Below, piece by piece: positions 12,617 through 26,376 of a stretch of DNA of 52,395 nt; the stretch's first letter is position 1; the number at the start of each line of letters is the position of its first letter. Origin of the DNA: Octopus bimaculoides (lineage: Eukaryota); NCBI RefSeq assembly GCF_001194135.2, contig NC_068993.1, positions 18,571,126 through 18,623,520 on the forward strand. Direction: 5' to 3'. The notes beneath the pieces were generated by a model. The model made no database searches, was not told the DNA's origin, and saw only the letters and a program-made list of their open reading frames with translations. The translations under genes and the position numbers were made by a program.

Positions 12617-13034
12617 ATTGAGTGTTCAATATAAAGGATTAAATATATAAAGGCGAATACGTATTTTCAATACCTTGTGGTATTTCATCATGGCCGGTAT
12701 CTGGCAGACTACATTTATATATATATATACATGTATGTATGCATATATAAATACATACAGGTATGTAAAATATACGCACACAGAGACATGTTATAGGTAT
12801 GTAACTGGGAGAGAATAAGAGGGAAAAGAAACCAAACATTAGAATGGAAGACATATGTGATTGGATCTATCGGCGAAAGAGAAAGATGAACACGTTAAGG
12901 AATGAAATGTTGACAGAGAGAGAGATGTTGTTCAGAGATAAGAATATACAAAGAGTCGGAGAAATACTCAAAGAGTGAGGAATGAGAAACAGAGTGAAAC
13001 CATGGCGATTAATGGGGGAGATTCATGCTGAAAG

Positions 13035-14810
<1,776 letters not shown>

Positions 14811-15477
14811 AAAATAGTTATATGTATCTGTTTACATATATGTTTACATATACACACACATATATTTATCTATGTATCACACATACACATGTGTCTGTGT
14901 ACAGACACAATCACACACATGCACGCGCATACACGCAGGTACCCACATAGACTCGACAACACTATCAAATATTGACAGAACTCATATGTGAATTCATACA
15001 TAATTAGTAAAATTCACACAGGTACACACTGTCTCAGATATACGCCTACGCAGAAGATATACAAGAGAACTTTCATATAAAAAGAGTTGCAGTGTGACAC
15101 TTTTCGGTAATTCAAAGCATGAGTATGTTTGCAATAGAGCCAAAATCTATCTCAGTTAATATATTATACGTTATTATATAACCTTCTAAGTTGTTTTATA
15201 GTTGCTTTTGAATTTACATAATGTTTCGATCGGGGACTACATCTGATAGCTCATAGGACTGTGGTAACTAGTTGCATAATCGTAGAGACATAGTTATGAA
15301 GGACAGACAGTGGAAGAGAAGGAAAAGAAGAAGGAGAAAGAAAATAGAAGATGAAAAAAAGGAGAAGATGAAGAAAAGCTACAAGTGGAAGAAATGGTAT
15401 TATATGAACTTGCAGTCTATAATGAACTTGCTGTATACAATGCTCAGGTCCACTACCCCACCCCCCAAAAATAGAAA

Positions 15478-15895
15478 CAGGAGCGAGAGCATCTGGTGTG
15501 ATGCTAGCAAATTTCGGGAAGCATGGAAGTTTTGAAAGATGTGGTGTCTCGACAGCTAACAACTGATGCAGGTAGTTTATTTCATGCTTCAGCAATTCTG
15601 AGCATGACAAAATGTTTCTGAAAGTCATGGGTGCTGTGTTTGTTTTATGATTTTTTTGTAAGCATGTCCACGAGTGTTTGACATATGAAATTCAAAAAGG
15701 TGCCCAAAGTTGTTATTGGAAAGATTATGGATAATCTTATGGGTGTGTAACAAGTCAGTTGCCGGAGCTTTACGTGTCCATGCCCAGAGAAGCAAGACGT
15801 TCTGAGCATAGTAGATGCCTGACGGCAGCTATTCGTTTGGTTGTACGTTTCTGAACAGTTTCCAGGAGATTGATATGCCAAGCAAAAACAAGAAG
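15478..15895 (-). mobile_element. CR1-group LINE ORF2 3' end, frameshifted
   Basis: Minus frames give LLETVQKRTTKRIAAVRHLLCSERLASLGMDT / SNTRGHAYK / HDFQKHFVMLRIAEA*NKLPASVVSCRDTTSFK, the canonical CR1/L2 ORF2 C-terminal pattern (TRGH, WN.LP..VV, SFK). Confidence 0.85.
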
Positions 15896-16256
15896 AGCAG
15901 CAAGAAGAAACAACAACAAAAATACTTGTTAAAAAACAACCATCTACGATAATTTCCAATTTCTCTCTCTCTCTCCCTCTCTCTCTCCCTCTCTCTCTCC
16001 CTCTCTCTCTCCCCCTCTCTCCCCCTCTCTATCCCCTTCTATCTCCTTCGCTCTCTCTCTGTTATATCAGCACTTCTTCCTAGAAAAAAGATGATAGCCT
16101 TACATGTCACGCAGACTGACGTAGCTCGAAACCACCTGGGAGTAAAGCAAACTTCACAATCACATAGCCGTGCTTTCGTCTACACACATACACACGCGCG
16201 CAAATACGTACGTGCACACGCACACACTGACATACACACAGATATCTATCTATCTG

Positions 16257-16313
<57 letters not shown>

Positions 16314-16390
16314 TTATCTCACTTTATAACGCGACCGGTAAGACTATGAGATGTTGTTACACATTATTGATCACAATGCGCTTTGCATCA

Positions 16391-16585
16391 TTTTAGCCTT
16401 CCAATGACGCCACCCCGGTGGTTGGTCAAGCTGGACAATATTCCCTCCTGAGCGAAGGGGGACTGGAGCACCGTGAAATCAAGTGTTTTGCTCAAGAACA
16501 CAATGTGTCACTCGGTCTGAGAAGAGAAGCCACGATCTAGCGATTGTGAGTTCAACACCCTGACCACTAAGCAATGCGCCTTCAC
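16391..16585 (-). mobile_element. SINE-B (CORE-like)
   Basis: Minus strand GTGAAGGCGCATTGCTTAGTGG...TGTGTTCTTGAGCAAAACACTTGATTTCACGGTGCTCCAGTCC. Confidence 0.8.
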
Positions 16586-16619
16586 TTACACACACGCACT
16601 CACGCACGCACACACACAC

Positions 16620-16708
<89 letters not shown>

Positions 16709-17089
16709 TACTCAGATATCTGTATGTAAGTATGTATGTATGTATATTGTTTCGTATGTGTGTATATTGATTCGGTTCCATGCAAATGAAAGTTTCCTAG
16801 GCTTCTCAAATGAAGCTGACTCATCAAGTAAACAGAACCGAATGAAGTACTATAAGCACTTCAAAATCACAACGTTAAAATTAGCTACTCCTGCTTAGAC
16901 AACACCGCTTCCAACGTTGCGTGCTGCAATAGACGCAAGCGTACACCTACACGAGCTCAATGAACACCTCAACATACACTCCAGCATACACCTCCACTTG
17001 TAGCTTTAGTAATCCTGACAGCTACCTCTGGGAGGATCCTGCTTCTCTAGGGCTGTGGTCCACAGAGCCACCTTAACTCCGCCCAATGG

Positions 17090-17260
17090 CATCACATGAT
17101 CTTATACGGGCATGACAGCTAATAAGTTCAAGGAAATGTTTGCACAACATATGCACCCCTTCAGATGAAGAGATAGGGAAAGCTCCACCTCCCTGTTCCA
17201 CTTTATCTGGAAACTTCTTGACCGTCTAAATGACTCTCCCAACATTTAAATTTAAATGTC
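17090..17260 (+). mobile_element. Penelope-like element GIY-YIG endonuclease remnant
   Basis: Frame reads SYTGMTANKFKEMFAQHMHPFR*RDRESSTSLFHFIWKLLD, matching the PLE pattern YIG.T...FK.R...H...F......ST.LS..IW.LK. Confidence 0.65.
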
Positions 17261-17397
17261 GAAGTGAATCTAACTGTTTTTGTGTGTTTCTTAAATGGCT
17301 TATAAACACTTTCCACGTTGCAATTGTTTTCATTCAAGCACACGATCTGAGATCAAGTCACATATAATATATAATATATATATATACATACATACAT

Positions 17398-17445
<48 letters not shown>

Positions 17446-17450
17446 ACACA

Positions 17451-17486
<36 letters not shown>

Positions 17487-17487
<1 letters not shown>

Positions 17488-18300
17488 AGGGTGGCCCAAA
17501 AGTCACTGAGGGGTCGCGATCTTTGATAATTCTTTTATGTTTTTAACTTTTTTCTTTTATTTTCAGGGATTTTATGGACTAGATCCTGGAAATTAATTAT
17601 GGAAAAACATTGCACCACACAACGTACCCAAGTGCTGAAATTGTTCTATCAAAATCAGGCGTCTATTATTTAAACCCAGAGAGTACCAAAGATAATTGCA
17701 TGCTATGCTATAAGGTATACGATATGGTGTGCAATTGCGGCGGATGAGATAATCTGGCCTTATTTCTTTGTGGACAATGATAGGAATGCTGTTACCGTGA
17801 CTGGTGAGCGGTACAGGGCTATGACCGAGAAGTTTTTGCGCTCGGCCATTCAGTATAGGCCCGATATGTGGTTCTAGCAAGATGGAGCGAATGCTCATAC
17901 TACTAGAGAGATAATACAGTAGCTGAGGCAATGTTTTGGAGAAAGAATAATCTCTTGCCACTGCGACGTCAACTAGCCATCGCGTTCTGCAGACTTGCCC
18001 AGCCTGGCTTCTTCTTGTTGGGGTACATCAAGGAGAAGGTGTAAGTCAACAAACCAGAAACTCTGAAGCAATTAAAGAAGGATACCACTTGAGAAATCAG
18101 GGAACTGGACCCTGAAACCCTTACAGCTGACATGGAACATATTTTGGTAAAGGCACAGATGTGTGAAGCTGAAAATGGACGCCATTTAAAAGATAGCAGT
18201 TTTCATACGTAATGCAGAGGTATAACGAAAAAGAATTAAAGCAAATTACTCTCCATTATCCCCTCTATGTTGAATTAAAATTTCATATACCTATTTGTAT
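17487..18300 (+). mobile_element. Tc1/mariner DD41D (rosa/Visitor-type) element, internally deleted, right TIR missing
   Basis: TA|TAGGGTGGCCC left end in (TA)n. Translation MEKH..QRTQVLKLFYQN, then jumps to TIWCAI..PYFF..VTVTGERYRAM..WF*QDGANAHT..*PSRSADL..(D>G)FFLLGYIKEKV; 41 residues between the 2nd and 3rd catalytic positions after correcting a 1-nt deletion. Confidence 0.85.
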
Positions 18301-18309
18301 ATTACTTGG

Positions 18310-18366
18310 CTCCGGGTTCAGTCTCACTGCGTGACACCTTGAGCAAGTGTCTTCTACTATAGCCCC
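18310..18366 (+). mobile_element. SINE-C fragment
   Basis: TCCGGGTTCAGTCTCACTGCGTGACACCTTGAGCAAGTGTCTTCTACTATAGCC matches 43043-43095. Confidence 0.75.
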
Positions 18367-18489
18367 CTGTCATGCACCTATTTACGATCAAGCAGAGATT
18401 CATCACAGCTATTCTCAACAGGTGGTACGCAACATTAGCAATAACAGTAGTGTACCAAAAATCTGTTTGCTCTTTGTCCCCTCAAACGT

Positions 18490-18544
<55 letters not shown>

Positions 18545-18545
<1 letters not shown>

Positions 18546-18786
18546 GAGATGTGATGGAACCGAGAAGGTATAGGAGTACCTCTATCCTGCGTTCACATTG
18601 AAAATGTGCCAAGAAATGGATGCTGAAAATTTAAATGGAATAAACGCAGGATGGAAGGTGTTTATCGCGATAAAGGATTCTTCAATAGCAGTATCCTACC
18701 TGTGCTCTTATACGCTAGTGGAACTTGGGCTAGTACGATGAGGGAAGAAGATCAACTGGCTACGACGCAAAGAGCCATGAAAAGAA
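18545..18786 (+). mobile_element. RTE-clade LINE, RT C-terminal fragment (left part)
   Basis: EKV*EYLY..AGWKVF..IK / FFNSSILPVLLYASGTWASTMREEDQLATTQRAMKR fits RTE (LP.LLYGSETW..L...QRAMER). Confidence 0.85.
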
Positions 18787-19661
18787 CTGTGGGTACTCAA
18801 AGGAAACCAGAATTTTGCAATATTATTTTCTTCTCTTAGTTTTACATGTTTACACTTTTATCGTCTTCAAAGAATTCTCCATTTGAATCAATGCATTGGT
18901 CCAGACGCGTTTCTCACTGTTCGAAGCAGTGCTGGAACTCTTGCGAAGTGAGGTCTTTTAACGCCTTCGTGGGTTTTTTTCTTCACCACTTCTACGTCTG
19001 CAAATTCCGTAGCACCAGCTTCTGTCACCAGTGGTGACCTTCGAAAGAGGTCCGGATCAACATTCAACTGTTCTTTCAGTTCTCGATACGCATTCAGTCG
19101 TAATTCTTTTGATCTTCCGTGAGCAAGCGGGGGACAAATTTGGCTACAACTCTTTTCATTCGCAATTCCTCGCTCAAAATTCGTTAGCAGGAGCTGTCAA
19201 ATCAACAAGTTTGTCAATTGTTTGATGTCGGTCCCCTGAGATTACTTCATGAATTTTCATGATATTTTCATTCGTTCGGGAGGTCGACGGTTGCACTGAA
19301 CGAGATTGGTCTTCAAGCGACAAATGGCCATTCCTAAAGTGTGAAAACAATTCGTTTTGCTCATAGCAGCGCCCTTTATAAGCAGTTTGAAGCATGGCAA
19401 CTGTTTCGGTTGCCGTTTTCCTCAGCAGAAAACAAAATTTCACGGAAGCGCGCTGTTGCTTCATTTCAGCCATCGCAAAAATCGACGAATATGGGAGCAG
19501 CATTGCAAAACAGAGACGCACCACGTGGCAATATGACCCCACAGGATAACGCCGATCGGCAGACTGATATCTGAGGGTCGCATCAAGTGGCTTTTAGCGG
19601 CGGAGGCCTGAACTACAATTCCCACAGGGAACGTTTCCGGTTACTATTGGTTAACCGCTCG
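18787..19661 (-). mobile_element. Mariner (TACGAG-type TIR, irritans-like), internally deleted, inserted in an RTE LINE
   Basis: MAEMKQQRASVKFCFLLRKTATETVAMLQTAY..SLEDQSRS; RVVAKFVP..TGDRSWCYG joined directly to FADVEVVKKK..FEQ*ETRLDQCIDSNGEFFE; degenerate TIRs; TA at 19662-63. Confidence 0.9.
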
Positions 19662-19990
19662 TAGGAGTATCATTATAAAACCATATTCAAACAAATAATT
19701 CGAGAAGGGAGCAGAATGGACGATATACTTGCAGAGTACCGAAAGCACAAATTCCACTGGGCTAAAACACGTTACAATGTTCACAGATATCAAGTGGACC
19801 CGTGCACTTGCCGAGTGGTATCTAGGTTATTGTCAAAATTATCGGAAAAGAGCAGTTGCGAAGGCCTCCGCGACAATAGAAAAATGATCTAGTTGAGCGA
19901 TTTGGGACAAGATGGAAAAGAATGGCACAGTCAAGAAAGAATTGGAAGCACATTGTGAGCAGCGATGCACAACAGAAACTGATTGTCTGG
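19662..19990 (+). mobile_element. RTE-clade LINE 3' end (continuation of 18545-18786)
   Basis: GVSL*NHI..DDILAEYRKHKFHWA/HVTMFTDIKWTRALAEWY..RRPPRQ*KNDL..GTRWKRMAQSRKNWK is the RTE C-terminus. Confidence 0.85.
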
Positions 19991-19997
19991 ACGATAC

Positions 19998-20066
19998 TAT
20001 ATATATATATATATATATACATGCATATATATATATAGATAGATACATAGATAGATAGATAGATAC

Positions 20067-20108
<42 letters not shown>

Positions 20109-20152
20109 TGATTGATTGATAGACAGACAGACAGACAGACAGAATGACAGAA

Positions 20153-20189
<37 letters not shown>

Positions 20190-20220
20190 AATAGATAGAT
20201 AGATAGATAGATAGATCTAT
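19998..20220. repeat. (TA)n/(GATA)n/(GACA)n microsatellite
   Basis: Direct reading. Confidence 0.95.
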
Positions 20221-20459
20221 TATTTATAAGTATACAAGATTTCGCTGCAACAGGCGCCAACCACCAATTTCTTTGCTATATCTGATTTCCCGCTGATAGT
20301 CTCCTCTTCTTGAAAAATACCGTCTGCATGTATTTGCATGTGTATCTTGGCATATGTGCGCGCGCGCTTATATGTGGTGTACCATTTCAGGTTATGCATA
20401 TTCGTATTTTTTGTACGTGGGCTTGTTTCTTTTTTGTTTTTTAATCTCTATTTACACAG

Positions 20460-20511
<52 letters not shown>

Positions 20512-21733
20512 ATTTGCATAAATATTTATACACAAACACAAGCGTGCATATATGTAGTAATATATTATATAGGAAATTGTTCAATAATATATGTGTGCGC
20601 GCATACACATATATAATAAGCAGGCATAGCTATATACATATATACATACACACACACACACATATATATGTATATAAATATATGTATGTATACACATATA
20701 TATACAAGTGAGGAAGAGGGGAAGGGGTGTGAGGGAAGTGAGAATAAGATAGAAATAGGCGAATGGATAATTTGCCGAAAATTGATCTTTGATTAAACGT
20801 CATCATATTAGGAAAATAAATAAATAAATAGAGAGAAAAAAGAAAGAGATGAAGAAAAAAAAGACATTTATTTAATTATTAGAAATTAGAAAGTTTTTTT
20901 CTTTCCTTTCTTCATATAAAACTTATTACATTCCCAACTTGAATATTAATAATAACTATTAAGAACCTCCCTCACCACACACACACACACACACACACAT
21001 GTACACGCACACACAAATAAGAAAGGAAAAAGAATAAAAAAAAACAACATCGGAAGCAAAACATGTCCTAAATTGAAAACCATGTTATTACAACTACTAC
21101 TACTGTTACTATTACTACTACTACCACTACCATCAACACTACTATCTCCTCCGCCTACTACTTCTCCGGCTCCTCCTTGACTTTCGCAACGGTTAATCAA
21201 CTTTCTTGACGTTATTAATGAAAATGAATTCATTCTTGCACAACTAAATGGCATTAATATCTCTGCAAAGACCTTGTCACTCTTTCCTCGTTCAACATAC
21301 TGGCTATATCATTTTTTTCCTCTAGCTTTTTCACACATTTTAATTTTTTGTTGTTGTAATTATTTCATCGGCTGAATTTTTCCCATTTCTCGACTCTCAC
21401 TCTCCCACCGCGCCTCATTGCCTCTCTCCCTCTCTCATTCTCATTTTCTTCCTCTCCAACTATTTCATTTCTTCTCCCTCCTCTTTCTCTCTCTTTCGTT
21501 TTTTTCTTTTAATTTCTGTTTGCCAATTTTCTCAATCTCTCTTTGCTCAAAGTGTCTGTCTGTCAATCTGTCTGTCTGTCTGTCTATCTGTCTCTGTGTC
21601 TGTCTGTCTCTCTCTATCTCTCTCCCTCACACTTTGCGTTTATCTCTCCCTTTTCTACGTCTTTATTTTTATTTCAATCTTTTTGGCCTGTCATTCGGAA
21701 TTGTCGTAGCATAAATTTCGAATACATACATGC

Positions 21734-21799
<66 letters not shown>

Positions 21800-22719
21800 N
21801 NNNNNNNNNNNNNNNNNNNNNNNNNNNNNNNNNNNNNNNNNNNNNNNNNNNNNNNNNNNNNNNNNNNNNNNNNNNNNNNNNNNNNNNNNNNNNNNNNNNN
21901 NNNNNNNNNNNNNNNNNNNNNNNNNNNNNNNNNNNNNNNNNNNNNNNNNNNNNNNNNNNNNNNNNNNNNNNNNNNNNNNNNNNNNNNNNNNNNNNNNNNN
22001 NNNNNNNNNNNNNNNNNNNNNNNNNNNNNNNNNNNNNNNNNNNNNNNNNNNNNNNNNNNNNNNNNNNNNNNNNNNNNNNNNNNNNNNNNNNNNNNNNNNN
22101 NNNNNNNNNNNNNNNNNNNNNNNNNNNNNNNNNNNNNNNNNNNNNNNNNNNNNNNNNNNNNNNNNNNNNNNNNNNNNNNNNNNNNNNNNNNNNNNNNNNN
22201 NNNNNNNNNNNNNNNNNNNNNNNNNNNNNNNNNNNNNNNNNNNNNNNNNNNNNNNNNNNNNNNNNNNNNNNNNNNNNNNNNNNNNNNNNNNNNNNNNNNN
22301 NNNNNNNNNNNNNNNNNNNNNNNNNNNNNNNNNNNNNNNNNNNNNNNNNNNNNNNNNNNNNNAAAAAAAAAAAAAAAAAATACAAAGGCAAAAATAAAAT
22401 ACAACGACAAATGAAGGAAGAACAGAGCAAAACAAGGAAAACCACAGAAAGACATGTCTGCATTCACTTAACCTTCTATCACTAAGGATCACCCTTAATA
22501 TGAACCTTATAAAAATCTTTCACTTCATATTGCAAATCCAGAGCATCAACGATACCAACGTCAATACCACCAGCAGCATCACCATCTTGTATTGTTATCT
22601 CCATTATTACTACTAACTGTAGTTTCACTTTCACTTCCAACATCAATAATGATTTTTGTATTCTCTTTTTACATAGACGCAAGGTCAGAGATTTTAGAGG
22701 TAAGAAATATTCGGTTATA

Positions 22720-22850
22720 TCGACCCCGCTACCCAGTACTTGGCTGGTACTTTATTTTATCGTTCCTCGGAGGAATAAAAGGTATTGTTAACTTCGTTAG
22801 GATTTGAACTTAGAACATAAAGATCCACAGCAAATGTTGCAAGTACTAAT
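22720..22850 (-). mobile_element. SINE-A, degenerate
   Basis: ATCGACCCC..CTGGTACTTTATTTTATCG..GATTTGAACTTAGAAC. Confidence 0.65.
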
Positions 22851-22939
22851 AATTCTACTAATCTGATGTTCTAACAATTCTGACAATCGACCAAGTTACA
22901 TCAACTCCAATAATAAATTATTATCAGCTGTATCAACTA

Positions 22940-23160
22940 AGCATGGTTTAGGGGTTATGATGTTGGACTCATGATCGTAACATTGTGGTTTCGAATCTTG
23001 GGCCGGACGACACGTTGTGTTCTTGAGCAAAACACTTAATTTCACATTAATCCAGTCTGTTCAGGTGGTAAAAAGGAGTAATCCTGTGATGGACCGGCGT
23101 CCAGTCCAGGGAGGAATATATCCGCCAGAGAAATGGAAACCAATCGTATCGGCTTTACAG
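22940..23160 (+). mobile_element. SINE-B (CORE-like), degenerate
   Basis: GGTTTCGAATCT..TGTGTTCTTGAGCAAAACACTTAATTTCACATT; tail CCTGTGATGGACCGGCGTCCAGTCCAGGGAGG. Confidence 0.75.
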
Positions 23161-23715
23161 CAACTACAGTAATGAATGCCACAAAAGGCCAAAAATAATA
23201 ACACTAACAGAGAGGGAGAGAGATAGAGAGAGAGAGAGAGAGAAAGAGAGAGATAGAGAGAGAGAGANNNNNNNNNNNNNNNNNNNNNNNNNNNNNNNNN
23301 NNNNNNNNNNNNNNNNNNNNNNNNNNNNNNNNNNNNNNNNNNNNNNNNNNNNNNNNNNNNNNNNNNNNNNNNNNNNNNNNNNNNNNNNNNNNNNNNNNNN
23401 NNNNNNNNNNNNNNNNNNNNNNNNNNNNNNNNNNNNNNNNNNNNNNNNNNNNNNNNNNNNNNNNNNNNNNNNNNNNNNNNNNNNNNNNNNNNNNNNNNNN
23501 NNNNNNNNNNNNNNNNNNNNNNNNNNNNNNNNNNNNNNNNNNNNNNNNNNNNNNNNNNNNNNNNNNNNNNNNNNNNNNNNNNNNNNNNNNNNNNNNNNNN
23601 NNNNNNNNNNNNNNNATATTGTAGCCTGAGACCATTTTATTGAATCCTGAGCGATACAGTGAATCCTAAGAAATACATCGGCCAAATTTGAACCTAGGAT
23701 CCGAAGAGTCGGAAC

Positions 23716-23932
23716 AAATACTCTTTTCTACTATGGGCACAAGGCCTGAAATTTTGTGGGAAGGGGCAAGTCGATTACATCGACCTCAGTATTCAACTAG
23801 TGCTTAATTAATCGACCCCTAAGGGATGAAAGGCTTTGTTGACCTCGGCGAAATTTGAACTCAGAATGTAGCGGCAGACGAAATACCGCTATGCATTTAG
23901 CCCGGCGTGCTAACGATTCTGCCAGCTCGCCA
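23716..23932 (-). mobile_element. SINE-A, full length
   Basis: Minus strand GGCGAGCTGGCAGAATCGTTAGCACGCCGGGC..GAGTTCAAATTTC..core..GTAGAAAAGAGTAT tail. Confidence 0.9.
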
Positions 23933-24056
23933 ACTTAGAGCAAATGCTGCAAACCATTTAATCCGATGATCTACCTGTAAAACTAGCAACTACATCTCTA
24001 TCAATACATATTCTACCATAGTGTTTTTCGCAGTAGCTCCACAAGATAAGGTGACA

Positions 24057-24508
24057 TCATCATCATTATTATCATTTAACGTCCGCTTTCCATGCTGGCA
24101 TGGGTTGGACGGTTTGACTGGGGACTGGTGAACCAGATGGCTACACCAGGCTCCAATCTGATCTGGCAGAGTTTCTACAACTGGAGGCCCTTCCTAACGC
24201 CAACCACTCCGAGAGTGTAGTGGGTGATCGTTACGTGCCACCGGCACGAGGGCCAGTAGGGCGGCACTGGCAACGGCCACGCTCAAATGGAGTTTATTAC
24301 GTACCACCTGCACAGGAGTCAGTCCAGCGGCACTGGCAACGATCTCGCTCGAATGTTTTGTTCACGTGTCACCGGCACAACTGCCAGTAAGGCGACGCTG
24401 GTAACGATCACGTTCAAATGGTGCTTTTTACGTGCCACCAGCACGGAAGCCAGACAGCTGCTCTGGCAATGATCACGCTCGGATGGTGCTGTTTGCGCGC
24501 CACTGGCA
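24057..24508 (-). mobile_element. RTE-tailed non-autonomous element with an internal 65-66-bp minisatellite
   Basis: Minus 3' end CGTCCAACCCATGCCAGCATGGAAAGCGGACGTTAAATGATAATAATGATGATG (RTE-type tail); motif GGTTGGCGTTAGGAAGGGCCTCCAG; repeat units start at 24231, 24297, 24362, 24428 and 24493. Confidence 0.75.
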
Positions 24509-24685
24509 AAATGTTTAGCGGTATTTTGTCCGTCTTTACGTTCTGATTTCAAATTCTGCCGTGGTCGACTTAGCCTTTCATCCTTTCAGGGTCGATAAAA
24601 TAAGCACCAATTGAACACTGGGATCGATGCTATCGACTTAGCCGCCACCCCAAATCTGCTGGCTTTGTGCCAAGATTTGAAACGA
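24509..24685 (+). mobile_element. SINE-A, 5'-truncated
   Basis: AATGTTTAGCGGTATTTTGTCC..GTCGACTTAGCCTTTCATCCTTTCAGGGTCGATAAAATAAGCACC. Confidence 0.85.
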
Positions 24686-25051
24686 ATAATGTAACCTCTT
24701 GACCTGCTAGTTATTGAAATGGAATGTCTTTAAATTAATATTTTACCATTTAAAAAAAATATGCAAGAATACATTGGCTAATGCTGTAACAAATACACAA
24801 CCCTGTCAAAATATTGAACAATCATATCTTGAATACATTTGATCAAAGGCCAGTTCGATCCTATTGTTGTTTAATCTGGGATTCTACAACAAGTAAGCTG
24901 TTAATCGAGATATGGATGCTGGTACGATATGAATTAAATATCAGCGACGGCACTCATGTGGAATTTTTACCACGAGCTAAATCCAGGGTATTTGTGCAAT
25001 TTCAAATTCTAAATTAAAATATGTTATGACTTAATTCTATGCATGATGCAA

Positions 25052-25420
25052 TTAATATGTAAAGGACATTGAAAGGAAGCTATGAGAAGGGAGGAGATTC
25101 ACGAAGGCCGATGTTCTGGAGAGGAATGATTGAGGATAGTTGTTTGTGCGGTGCCTGAGTGGATGAATCAACCTAAACGATGAGAGGTGGAAAGATAAGT
25201 AGAGGAAGTACGAGCCAGAAGCGAAGAAGAAGCTATTACAGCAGCGATAAGAGAGAGAGAGGGGGGGGAGAGANNNNNNNNNNNNNNNNNNNNNNNNNNN
25301 NNNNNNNNNNNNNNNNNNNNNNNNNNNNNNNNNNNNNNNNNNNNNNNNNNNNNNNNNNNNNNNNNNNNNNNNNNNNNNNNNNNNNNNNNNNNNNNNNNNN
25401 NNNNNNNNNNNNNNNNNNNN

Positions 25421-25463
<43 letters not shown>

Positions 25464-25710
25464 AACGACACGCTGTGAACCAGAGACTGGAACGTGTGTG
25501 TCCGCGTGAATTAATGACTACCAGCTGAATGACCATTTTCCGGATGCCGTCCAGATTGTGTATAATAAGCATGACCGCAACACCATTCCAGAGATGGGAA
25601 CAATACTCAAGTGTAAACATCACTTGGCTTTCTAGACTGTTAGCAATTGCTGCGAGCTAAAATATTTTCGGGTCCTGAAAAGAAGGACCAGTTTTTGGAA
25701 TGCGATCCTA
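25052..25710 (-). mobile_element. CR1-group LINE ORF2 3' fragment split by (CT)n and a gap
   Basis: KLVLLFRTRKYFSSQQLLTV*KA / FTLEYCSHLWNGVA..LDGIRK / FQSLVH..SLSYR..HRTNNYPQSFLSRTSAFVNLLPSH. Confidence 0.8.
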
Positions 25711-25785
25711 GGTAAAAACGATAATTAGTAAGAATCTCTCCATAATAAATACATTCACTTATCCTTTAATTCTATCAAAATGGCT

Positions 25786-25955
25786 ACGACGACGACGAGG
25801 AGTCTTCCAGTTGATCCGATCAACGGAACAGCATGCTCGTGTAATTAACGTGCAAGTGGCTGAACATTCCACAGTCACGTTTATGCTTAACGTAGTTCAC
25901 ATGGAGATTCAGCGTGACACTGGATGTGACAAGGCTGGTCCTTTGGATTACAGAT
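25786..25955 (-). mobile_element. Isolated SINE-D/B shared 3' tail
   Basis: Matches 2823-2990 by eye. Confidence 0.8.
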
Positions 25956-26173
25956 ACAAAACCCTAAACATTAAGCCACGCACCTTCACCAATTCTACTA
26001 TACAAGAAACTAAAATTAAACAAGTTTAGAATTCTGCAAGACCTTCGTGGGACTTTGAATATGTATATAAGACATACTGTGACACGTTGTTATTACATTT
26101 CACTATGCAAAACTTTAATGCATGTCCGTATACGATACTGCGTTACAATTGACAGTAGTATAGCTTTATGTAT

Positions 26174-26206
<33 letters not shown>

Positions 26207-26286
26207 TTATAACGCACATCCATGCATTAGTATAGTACACACATTATTGTACACATTACTGTAGTACATTATATATATACATATAT

Positions 26287-26376
<90 letters not shown>

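Noticed and set aside
15272-15535. Basic K/R-rich ORF (NLS-like)
   Set aside because: Degenerate GAA tract running into the antisense strand of a CR1 fragment.
24231-24508. Regular 65-66-bp periodicity as a CRISPR array
   Set aside because: Whole units are homologous with no unique spacers, the context is eukaryotic, and there are no cas genes.
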